Assembly (NCBI GenBank): GCA_964016885.1
Contig: OZ024764.1
Location: 16,802,001-16,866,000 of the forward strand
DNA: 64,000 nt
Direction of reading: 5' to 3'
From: Eledone cirrhosa
Taxonomy: Eukaryota
In this document: positions 26,199 to 38,494 of the stretch, piece after piece
Numbering within the stretch: position 1 is the first letter of the stretch
Layout: each line of letters starts with the position of its first letter
The notes under the pieces: model-generated
The model's database searches: none
Told to the model about the DNA's origin: nothing
Seen by the model: only the letters and a program-made list of their open reading frames with translations
Made by a program: the position numbers and the translations under genes

Positions 26199-26336
26199 TC
26201 TTCAATGGGCTCCGACTTTATTTTTCTCTTGCCTTTTACCATCTTTTCCAGATTGGTACCAGGCTCTGTTTTAATTGTTGTTAGTGGTGCTTCGTAGACA
26301 GGGCGTCTTGGTGGTGGTGCCATCTCATAGGGGTAG
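26199..26336 (-). CDS. TDG: TDG N-terminal coding exon (YPYEMAPPPRRPVYEAPLTTIKTEPGTNLEKMVKGKRKIKSEPIE)
   Basis: ttacag acceptor, GA|gtaagt donor, phase 2-2, in frame with the next exon. Confidence 0.8.
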
Positions 26337-26724
26337 CTGTAACATAGGAGAGCTTCAGATATATTAAACATACATATCTTCATACATACATATGAATGTT
26401 CATATGTATGTATATATACATACATATGAATGTTCATATGTACATATATATATGCATACATATATATGTTCATACATATATACATACGTACATACATACA
26501 TGTGTACATAGATACTTACACACATACATACATGCATACATATATACATGCATACATACATACATACATACATACATACACACATACATACATGTATACA
26601 TAGATACTTACACACATACATACATGCATACATAGATACATATGTACATACATACATGTATACATAGATACATATATACATGCATACAAACATACATACA
26701 TACATACATACATACATACATACA

Positions 26725-27578
26725 TGGTGGCTGCCAACTCGTTTTCGAGTACGGCCACTACTTTATATCCATGTAGGAGAACCCCTACCGATGCGCTGAA
26801 CAAGTGTGACTTTTTAGTCCAGCCAGCGACTTGAAAACTCTGGTACAAACACTACACCTGTGACAATTATTGACACAGTGCTTTGCCTTTGGTACCATGT
26901 GACGACAAGTGCAGAGAGATCTCCAGATACAAAGCAATGCCTGTGCCGTGAAGCTTTTATAGTGAGCAAAGGCACTGCACTAAGCCAGTCCCACTCTCTT
27001 AACCAAGATGATATTTACCAAACAGAAGAACAAGTCAACATCATTGGATACCATCAGGGTTGCAGGTGTTATATCAGAGTTTTCCTTCTAGAATTCTACC
27101 TTGACAAAGGCTAAGGGTTCATCTCTCCCGGTGATTTTGGATGGCCATTGACTCTTAAGAGCTCCTCTGCCCTTTGACAGGCTTTGTTTTTAGTGCTGCA
27201 GGATGTCCAAAGACACCCTCCTCACCAAGAAACCTTGGTGCATATATATATACATATATATATACATACATATATATATACATACATATATATATATACA
27301 TATATATATACATACATATATATATATACATACATATATATATACATACATATATACATACATATATATATACATACATATACATATACATACATATATA
27401 TATACATACATATATATATACATACATATATATATACATACATACATATATACATACATATATACATACATATATATATACATATATATATACATACATA
27501 TATATATACATATATATATACATACATATATATATACATATATATATACATACATATATATATACATATATATATACA

Positions 27579-27612
<34 letters not shown>

Positions 27613-28755
27613 CATACATACATACATACATATACATATACATACATATACATATACATACATATACACATACATACATACACATATACATACATATATA
27701 TATACATACATATACATATACATACATATATACATACATACATACACACATACATACATATACATATACATACATATATACATATATACACACATATATA
27801 CATATATATATATATACATATATATATACATATATATATATATACATACATATATATATACATATATATATACATACACATATACATACATATATATATA
27901 CATATATATATACATATATATATACATATATATATACATATATATATACATATATATATACATACATATATATATACATACATATATATATACATACATA
28001 CATATATATATACATATATATATACATACATATATATATACATATACATATACATATATATATACATACACATATACATACACATATACATACATACATA
28101 CATACATACATACATACATGGTGGCTGCCAACTCGTTTTCGAGTACGGCCACTACTTTACATCCATGTAGGATAACCCCCACCGAAGCGCTGAACGAGTG
28201 TGACTTTTTAGTCCAGCCAGCGACTTGAAACCTCTGGTACAAACACTACACCTGTGACAATCATTGACACATAGTGCTAGGCCCATGATAGGACAATTAT
28301 TGACACATAGTGCTGGGCCCATGTGAGGACAAGTGCAGAGAGATCTCCAGATATAAAGCAATGCCTGTGCCGTGAAGCTTTTATAGTGAGCAAAGGCACT
28401 GCACAAAGCCAGTCCCACTCTCTTAACCAAGATGCTATTTACCAAAAAGAAGAACAAGTCAACATCATTGGATACCATCAGGGTTGCAGGTGTTATATCA
28501 GAGTTTTCCTTCTCCTAGAATTCTGCCTTGACTAAGGCTAAAGGGGTCATCTCTCCCGGTGATTTTGGATGGCCATTGACTCTTAAGAGCTCCTTTGCCC
28601 TTTGACAGGTTTTGTTTTTAGTCCTGCAGGATGTCCAAAGTCACCCTCCTCACCAAGAAACCTTGGTGGGGTTGCCAGTTTAGTCGCCAACGACCCGACC
28701 ATGAGACAGGTTGTACTGGGATACATGTTACCAGTAGCACCAACTGGTGACCTGA
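26725..28755. repeat. Local duplication of a 520-630 bp degenerate repeat (26725-27240 and 28117-28755) separated by a microsatellite
   Basis: CATGGTGGCTGCCAACTCGTTTTCGAGTACGG...CCAAGAAACCTTGGTG occurs twice, about 1.39 kb apart. Confidence 0.8.
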
Positions 28756-29493
28756 CATACACATACATACACATACACATACATACATACATACATACAT
28801 ACATACATAGATACTTACACACATACATACATGCATACATAGATACATATATACATGCATACAAACATACAAACATACATACATACATGCATACATAGAT
28901 ACTTACACACATACATATATACATACATATATACATATATATATATACATACATATATACATACATACATACGTACATACATACATGCATACATAGATAC
29001 TTACACACATACATATATACATACATATATACATATATATATACATATATACATACATATATACATATATATATATACATACACAGACAGCTTCAAGACA
29101 GAAGGAAAATCACTATATTTTATTATACAAATATGTGTGAAAGAGGGATAATAATTATTTCTACTTTTGGCACAAGGCCAGCAAGTACCCCAGTGTATTA
29201 CTGGTACTTTATTTTATCGACCCCGTAAGGATGAAAGGCAAAGTTAACCTCAGACCACAAAGGGCCATAATTCTATTCTGCTAAGCATGGCGCTCGGCCC
29301 TCTGCCAGTACTGCCAATCCACCACCCTTTGATACTAATAGTAAAACAGGCTGTAAAGAAAGAGGGGTTAGAAGTGTGTATGTGAGATTCGGGTTTATGG
29401 GTGAAGTTTGAGGGGTCAGAGAGTGAGAGGGCAGCAAATGGTAGGGGAAGGAGTCGAGAAGGGGCGCGAGAATTGGAAAGGTACGATACTTAC

Positions 29494-29519
29494 TAATGAT
29501 ACTCGCTTCCAATGTTCAT
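29494..29519 (-). CDS. TDG: Candidate TDG first coding segment B (MNIGSEYH(Y)), within a 71-bp exon 29564-29494
   Basis: ctacag acceptor and TA|gtaagt donor. The ATG at 29519 is in frame with the downstream exons (451 aa total). Confidence 0.5.
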
Positions 29520-29631
29520 AGTAGGTAGGGAGCGGTGGATGGCAGGGCCAGAGTAGCTGTGGTTCTGTAGAAATAGAGGAAGACAAGGAAATAGTTTGAT
29601 TACATAAACTGGAATAGATATAATTTGAATG

Positions 29632-29689
<58 letters not shown>

Positions 29690-29918
29690 CATCATACCAT
29701 ATCTAAATATAGTATGATGCAAGACTGACGGTCACCCACGGACGCATTTATCTTGCAGCCTTACAACTATATATATATATATATATATATTTATTTATTA
29801 AAATAACAGATTAAAGTTTAAAGTTTAATAAATATTTGCTCTACGGTTCTTATATATTTGATATATATTTATCCTTATTGAGCCCTCTTTGGATTTTAGT
29901 CTTCAAATTTATTATTAT

Positions 29919-29964
<46 letters not shown>

Positions 29965-30168
29965 CGTTTCTTAATTTGTTTAGCAAGATTCTTTATCTGA
30001 AAACGTGTGTTGAAACCAACCAACCAACCGGAAATTTATAAATTTATAAATTCCTAAATTTATAAATTTAATTTATAATAAATTGAAGTGAAAGCAACTG
30101 GTGCATGTGTTTCTTATTAAACAATATTTAACGTTCCAACTTTCTGTCGGAGTGTTGGGTAGGCCTAC

Positions 30169-30560
30169 CTTTAGTGCTTGGAAAAATAAATTTCCCCTTC
30201 TTTCGGTAAATGAAACTACTCGGAGTGGCTTGATTCGCCCCAGGGGCCCGGCGCGCAGCCGGTTTTTTGACCGCCATATAGTACCTTTAAATTACAGATC
30301 AAATCAGAACTATTAGATGTATCACGCCTCCCTCTACTTAAGCAAATCCCCCTCCTGGGTAAAGGAATAGTACTGGTTTTGTACAAGGATGGCCTAACGC
30401 TGCGAGCTGACTTCCTGCTGGCGCACCTGAAGCCTGTTATACATTCCTAGAGTGCTCGGAAAAATCGATTTCCATATCTTTCGCTAGGCGATATCACTCG
30501 GAGTGATGAGCTGCGCAAGCTTGTAGTCGCCGCATGCTCTTTGACGGCTAAGTAAAGACA
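30169..30560 (-). promoter_or_regulatory. CpG-rich putative TDG promoter/first exon
   Basis: CpG cluster, YY1-like ATGGCGG (30277-30271), and donor AAG|gtaggc at 30169/30168. Confidence 0.45.
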
Positions 30561-30806
30561 TAATCTTTACTCTATAATAAAATTTAAGTTTCTTCATAAA
30601 AGACTCTTTCTTTGCTTAAACCTCGCAACCTTAAAAATGTTAAACTGTTTAACTTTCAATTTTCTAATTTCTTTAATTTTATAATGTTAATATTAAATAT
30701 TAATCTTTATCTTCATCCTTTAAGTCTAAACAAAAATGTAATGTTCCAATCTTCTGCTCACACATTATAACATACACACCCCCACTATATTTACCTCTGC
30801 TAACAT

Positions 30807-31295
30807 ACGGGTCCCTTTGAAAATATTTTTTCGCGCCATTCCTGGCCTGACTGTAGTCTGACATTAATATCGACCTTTCTTCCTCTTTCTTTATATCTTT
30901 CTTCTTGTAGCCATCAACCCTGACTTTTCTTCTTCCTTTTCTTCCTTCCCTTCCCCCTTCTTTCTGTCTTTCTCCTTGTGGCATGATATTAACGCTGACT
31001 TATTTTCCTCCCCCTTTTTGTTTGCCTATATTTGGCCGGTAGTAGTTGTTAAGATACGGGTCCCTTAGAATAAATTTTTTTCGCGACATTCCTGGCCTGA
31101 CTGTAATACCGACCCTTCCTCCTCTTTCTTTCTGTCTTTCTTCTTATAGCTGACATTAACCCTGACTTCTCTTCTTCCTTTTCTTCCTTCCCCCTTCTTC
31201 TCTCTTCTTTCTTTCTTTCTTTTTTCTCATGGCATGATATTAACGCTGACTTATGTTCCTATCCCTTTCTGTTTTCCTTTATTTGACCGGTAGTA
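30807..31295. repeat. Direct tandem duplication of about 245 bp
   Basis: ACGGGTCCCTT...TCGCG.CATTCCTGGCCTGACTGTA...CCGGTAGTA occurs twice. Confidence 0.75.
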
Positions 31296-31429
31296 TCACA
31301 CTGTAAGCTTTAGCCACGTCACTCGAGGGCAACCGGCAAAGGTGGAAGTTGCTGGATGGCGGTCGCCCTCGGGTCTTTGATTTTCAGCCCCATGGATTTT
31401 ATCTATTACATTCACTTATTATATTTCGA

Positions 31430-31487
31430 ATACCTGATGATATCACCGGATTCACACGGAACCCGGTCATTGAAATGATCATAGTAT
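31430..31487 (+). ncRNA. Type I hammerhead-like motif
   Basis: ATAC-CTGATGA-(ACCGG..CCGGT stem II)-GAAA-TGATCAT-A-GTAT. Palindromic stem III ATGATCAT. Confidence 0.5.
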
Positions 31488-31537
31488 AATAAACCTTTCA
31501 AGGATTTACACAAGTCCAGCCTCCTGTCATTTCATTA

Positions 31538-31594
<57 letters not shown>

Positions 31595-31597
31595 ATT

Positions 31598-31633
<36 letters not shown>

Positions 31634-31639
31634 TATATA

Positions 31640-31744
<105 letters not shown>

Positions 31745-31801
31745 ATTTATATATATATATATTTATATATATATATATTTATATATATATATATTTATAT
31801 A

Positions 31802-31888
<87 letters not shown>

Positions 31889-31951
31889 ATTTATATATAT
31901 ATATATTTATATATATATATATTTATATATATATATATTTATATATATATA

Positions 31952-32565
<614 letters not shown>

Positions 32566-32581
32566 TATATATATATTTATA

Positions 32582-32646
<65 letters not shown>

Positions 32647-33247
32647 GGGAGAAGTTGTAGAACAAAGAAAGGAAAGGCAATATAAGAGAGAAATATATAA
32701 AACAGAAAAGGGGGGGGGGGGTAGTCCCTCCCTATCTCTCACTATATATATGTGTTATATATAAATACGATTTCATATGAAAACCCTTGGAAAACATATA
32801 TATATATATATATATACATATATGTTTTCCAAGGGTTTTCATATGAAATCGTGTGTTGAAACAAATATTGTTATATTTGGAGAGGGTCATATTGTTATAA
32901 TATTACCAGAAATAATAACAACAACACAGTCACTGTTTCGTTTCAATTGGTTTTCGCTTCTTAAAAAAAATATATATATATATATATATATATAGTCTAT
33001 ATTTATGTCTATATTTTTAGCCGTTGGTCAATCAATGATAAACATTGATTGCCAGTTAAATTAACTATGGAGATATAAAATACACAGAAGCAAAAACAAA
33101 CCAAACGAAACAGTCAGTGTGTTGTTATTATTATTTCTGGTAATGTTATAACAATATGACCCTCCCCAAGTATAACAACATATAATATATATATATATAT
33201 AAATGAAAGGTATAGAAAGTATTGTAGCAAGAAGCCAACAGTATTCC

Positions 33248-33298
<51 letters not shown>

Positions 33299-33788
33299 TA
33301 TGTATGCATATATGTGTTATATATATATATATATGTGTGTGTGTGTATGAGAGAGAACAAAGAGCTGGAGGGGGAGAAATACAAGCGAGTACATGTGTGT
33401 ATGTGAAAGTGTGTATGTGAAAGTGCGTGTGTGTATGTGTATGTGAAAGTGTGTATGTGAAAGTGCGTGTGTGTATGTGAACTAAATAACCGTATGTTAT
33501 TTGAAATCCTCGTCACCGTTGTAGGATTAAAGTCCCCAGCTCAGATAAACAAAGGGAGCTCTTTAAGGCCATTATTGACTATCCATAGTAACTTAACGAA
33601 AGGGTTAATAACATGGACGAGGTTAGCTTTGCCTAATTTATTTTAACCCTGAAAGAATTATGAACAATTTGTAACGTTGTTGATATAATCTCCATTTATA
33701 AATCTTTCTATAATCAATAAAGTTTTTGTATATTTTGTCATTTTGAAACGATCGTAAAAAAAGATATATATATTTAGTAACACACACA

Positions 33789-33910
33789 TATAGGAAAATG
33801 TTCAAGACCCTGACGGCAGAGCTCAAGCCGTTTCGACGGCTATTTCTAGCTAGAAATAGCCGTCGAAACGGCTTGAGCTCTGCCGTTGGGGTCTTGAACA
33901 TTTTCCTATA
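33789..33910. repeat. Near-perfect 122-bp palindrome, Penelope/hammerhead-related
   Basis: TATAGGAAAATG...GGCTATTTCTAG|CTAGAAATAGCC...CATTTTCCTATA. Related copies at 62058-62173, 14260-14320 and 47990-48070. Confidence 0.8.
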
Positions 33911-33959
33911 TAATATATAAGCGATTCTTTGCTTAAACTTTAATCTGTTATATATATCT

Positions 33960-33993
<34 letters not shown>

Positions 33994-34289
33994 GGTAGCT
34001 TTCAAGGAAATATGTGGAGGTTTGAAGTGGTACGGCGATGTGTTCAAATTTTATCCCGTCCCAGATATTTGAAATCTGGGAGACTAGAAGATACGGTGGA
34101 CTCCCCTAAAATAAAAGGCGTGTCCAATAAGGTCTCGTTTAATAGTAAATATTTATTTTTTCGGGTTTCAAACTTTCAAACGTGACGATGTTATACCTTG
34201 TGTATATATATTTATTTATATACACAAAGTCCTAATTAGTGACAAATTTGTAGTACAAGTTTCATCATTTAGACGTGGCAATGCTATAT

Positions 34290-34341
<52 letters not shown>

Positions 34342-34496
34342 AGTGTTTGATTATAATTCTCACAAACTAATCTCCGATCTATATATATATATATATAACA
34401 TTCTCTCTCTCTATATATATATATAAGTAATGTTTAATATATGGATCAATATAAAACGTATATAAGCGGCGAAATAAAACGGGAATCTAAACGTAC

Positions 34497-34513
34497 CTGC
34501 TAAATAGTGACAT
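34497..34513 (-). CDS. TDG: Candidate TDG first coding exon A (MSLFS(S))
   Basis: gccaacATG context and AG|gtacgt donor. Phase 2, in frame with exon 26336-26199 (448 aa total). Confidence 0.5.
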
Positions 34514-34964
34514 GTTGGCAGATCCTTCAGACACAATAAAACAAGGCGCACAGCTGGTTGAGAGAAAGGAAAATAAGACCAACAGAGTTATCTCCCTTGA
34601 CTTTCTGGTTAAGAGAAACATCTTAACCCTTTCATTACCATATTCTAATGAAAGACACTGTCTATGTCATTAACCCTTTCATTACCATATTTCTAATGAA
34701 AGACACTGTCTATGTCATTAACCCTTTCATTACCATATTTCTAATGAAAGACACTGTCTAGGTCTTTAATCCTTTCACTACCATATTTCTAATGAAAGAT
34801 ACTGTCTATGGTTTTAAAACTATTTTGAAAATAATCAAGAATTTTGAGGTGTTTAGGAGAATATTTAACTTTTTCTTTATCAAAGAACATAATGTAACCA
34901 TATTTTTAACGAAAGATTTTACAATTTTCAAATAATTTCGAAAATATTTCATAATATTTTCTCA

Positions 34965-35530
34965 TGCGACTGGCACTCAGCTGGACAGTGACTGTTTATG
35001 CATCGGTTTTTCTCTGAGGCTTGGCCTTCGCATCTGTGAGCCTCACAAATGCCACCGCAGTACAACTGTAGATCCTTTTTGCTCCACCCACTGTCATGCC
35101 ATTACAGTACTGGCTACCTCCCATGCCATGCTGCTCTCAACGAGATCATAAAGTATGGCCTGGACAATGCAGGCTTCCCTTCCCAGCTTGAGCTGGCAGG
35201 GCTGGACTGAGGGGACAACAAATAGCCAGATGGCATGACAATTTTCTCATTCTGTTGGGGTAGGCCCCCTCATCTGGGATGCCACTTGCTGTGAGACCTA
35301 CTCTTGTGGCAACCTGGTGCGTTCGGCTACTAGCCCAGGCTCTAATGCTTGCCAAGCCAAAGACAGTAAACTGTCCAAGTATCAGCCGCTGTCTGTTAGG
35401 CTTGTGGTAGAGCTTGTAACAGTGAAAACTCTCGGCGTTCTTGGCCCCCCCCCCCCCCCCCCCCCCCAGACTATATCCCTACTCACTGCTATCAGAGCGG
35501 AGTTGGCCGTCCGCAGGTGCGAGCCCCATG
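34965..35530 (+). mobile_element. Degenerate CRE/RLE-clade non-LTR retrotransposon C-terminus
   Basis: GTQLDSDCLCIGFSLRLGLRICEPHKC...HA.LNEII...AGFPSQLELAGL...PDGMTIF..LIWDATC (frameshifted): zinc knuckle plus PD-(D/E)xK endonuclease region. Confidence 0.6.
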
Positions 35531-36340
35531 AGGTGGAGTGACCGTTCCAGCACGTTTCCCTCGCCATCCTCTGGGCCAATATCTTCTCCATCCTGTTGGC
35601 CAGGACCCTGAGGTGGAGTGGCTGCTTTTCCGTGTTTCCCTCGCTGACCCCCAGGGCAGTATATTCTCCATTCAGTCAGCCGGAACTAAGAGGTGGAGTG
35701 GCTGTTTCAACGCATGTCCCCCCCCCCCCCCCCCGCTGTCCTTGCGTCAATGTCTTCGCCATCCAGTCAACCGGGACCCAAAGATGTAGGGTAAGCTAGT
35801 TGGAAGTGAAGGACACTAGTTTGGACTTCATTTTCTCTCTAGTTGGTGTTTTGAATATAACTGTTTCTATTTTTGGCACAAGGCCAGCAAATATCCCCCA
35901 GTGTATTACTGGTGTTTTGAATATAACGTAAGACAAGGTTATCACGGAAATATCATAACAGGGGAGGGGAAATGAATGTAAGCCCATCCTATCCCATTCA
36001 ACCACCATCTCCACCACCACCACCACCATCAACACCACTACCAGCATCCTCACCACTAACATCCTCACGACGACCACCACCACTACAATATTCATCATCA
36101 TCATCAATACAGCCTCTGCCAACGTAACCACCATCACTAAGGCACCGTCCCTGCTTCCCCTTCACCGCCATCATCCATTTATTGCCACCACCACCACCAC
36201 CATCACCACCATAGATTTTATCGCCCTCGCCACTACCAAAGAATAGAGACATCTCCGCATCACCGTCGCCACCACCAAAACATAGTCATCTCCACCATCA
36301 CCACCACCAAAACATATAGACTTCATCGCCACCCCCACCA

Positions 36341-36376
<36 letters not shown>

Positions 36377-36829
36377 GGGGGAGAGAAAGAAAGAAAGAGG
36401 GTGAAGCATCACCGCCGCCACCACCACCACAAAACATATAGCCATCGCCACCACCTCCACAAAACATATAGTCATCGCCACCATCCTCACCATATGTTAT
36501 CGATATCTCCACCACCACCACCACCACCACCACCATCACCAAATAATACAGCCATCGCCTTCACCCGCCACCACCACCTCTACAAAACCATATAGCTATC
36601 CCCGCCACCACCATAAAAATTGAGTCATCACCGCCGTCGCTGCCACCATTGAAAGTGTACGTCATCGCCATATTCCCCGTCACCGCCGCCACCACCATTA
36701 TCAACACCATAATAAGACATAATAACGAAAGGGTATTTTTTTGTTTTGTTTAGTCAATGCGTAAATAAAATGTTAAAAAATAAGACTACCACTAAATATA
36801 TTTATAAAACTGCAAAAAAAAAAACATCG

Positions 36830-37270
36830 GCCATCATCGGACACACGAACACAAAATATGAGCGAAGCAGCCGACATAACAATGGCGGCCGACCTTCCTT
36901 CCTCGCTCTGTCATTCTAAATATATATTATATATTTATATTGTCTTCCATATGTTCTTTTTGATTTTCAATAATTTGTTATTTTTTAACTAGGGGGAGAT
37001 AAAAGACATTATCGTTGTCTTTTATATACGTGTGTGTGTATGTGCGTGTGTGTATGTGTGTATGTATGTATGTATGTATGTATGTGTGTGTGTGTATACC
37101 TTTATGCTTCCATTCCTTGTTCAGCTTTACTTCTTGTATTCCAATAACGCCAATGATTTATTGGCTGTTCTGCTGGCCGACTGCAATATATGCACCAATC
37201 AGAATTGAGCCGGAAGTGGACCATTTTTGAAAAATATTATGCTTTGTATATTTATTTTAGCTTTTAACGG
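36830..37270. promoter_or_regulatory. Putative bidirectional promoter between TDG and SMIM4/BRAWNIN
   Basis: YY1-like AATGGCGGC (36881), four CCAAT/ATTGG boxes (37141-37200), ETS site CCGGAAGTG (37210-37218), possible GC donor ACG|gcaagt (37269/37270). Confidence 0.5.
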
Positions 37271-37274
37271 CAAG

Positions 37275-37780
37275 TATATCACCAGCCCCACCATCACCTC
37301 TAATAACACCACCACCAATAACAACACCAACATCACCAGTACTACAACCACCACCATCACCCGCAATAACACTAGCATCATCACCAGCACCAAACACCAT
37401 CACCACCACCAACACCACCATCACCACCACCACTACCACAACCATCACCACTACCACCATCACTACCACCAGCACCAATACCATCGCCACCCCCATCATC
37501 ACCATCACTACCACCACCATCACTACCACCACCATCGCTACCACCACCATCACTACCACCACCATCACTACCAGCACCACCACCATCACCAACGCCACCA
37601 CCACAACCATCACCACCACCACCACCACCACTACCACCACCACCACCACCACCAACATTACCACCAGCACCAATACCATCGCCACCCCCATCACCACCAT
37701 CACTACCACCACCATCACTACCACCACCACCACCATCACCACCACCATCACCACCACCACCACCACCAACACCAACACTA
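37275..37780. repeat. (CAC/CAT)n trinucleotide tract
   Basis: Direct reading. Confidence 0.9.
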
Positions 37781-37839
37781 AAGAGTAGGTAGAAACTCCG
37801 TTCTATGTCCTAGATGCAAGCTATGGCTACTATTGAACA

Positions 37840-38494
37840 TGCTACACATAGCAGCTAAATAACCCTCACATCACATCATATCCTTGTTTTATATAGAAAC
37901 CCCTTGAGGCAGGACTGGCTATGGGCTTGTACAACACAGCTGGTTACTACTTAATAGGCTGGACATAGCAGCTAAACATCCCACACATCACATCACATCT
38001 TCCCTTGAGGCAGGACTGGCTATGGACTCGTACAACACAGCTGGTTACTACTTAATAGGCTGGACACAGCAGCTAAACATCCCTCACATCACATCACATC
38101 TTCCCTTGAGGCAGGACTGGCTATGGACTCGTACAACACAGCTGGTTACTACTTAATAGGCTGGACACAGCAGCTAAACATCCCTCACATCACATCACAT
38201 CTTCCCTTGAGGCAGGACTGGCTATGGACTCGTACAACACAGCTGGTTACTACTTAACAGGCTGGACATAGCAGCTAAACATCCCTCACATCACATCACA
38301 TCTTCCCTTGAGGCAGGACTGGCTATGGACTCGTACAACACAGCTGGTTACTACTTAATAGGCTGGACACAGCAGCTAAACATCCCTCACATCACATCAC
38401 ATCTTCCCTTGAGGCAGGACTGGCTATGGACTCGTACAACACAGCTGGTTACTACTTAATAGGCTGGACACAGCAGCTAAACATCCCTCACATC
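37840..38494. repeat. 101-bp tandem repeat (about 6.5 copies)
   Basis: CCCTTGAGGCAGGACTGGCTATGG at 38002, 38103, 38204, 38305 and 38406. Confidence 0.92.

Noticed and set aside
37227-37781. His-rich 184-aa ORF
   Set aside because: (CAC)n microsatellite with no true ATG start and no supporting exon structure.
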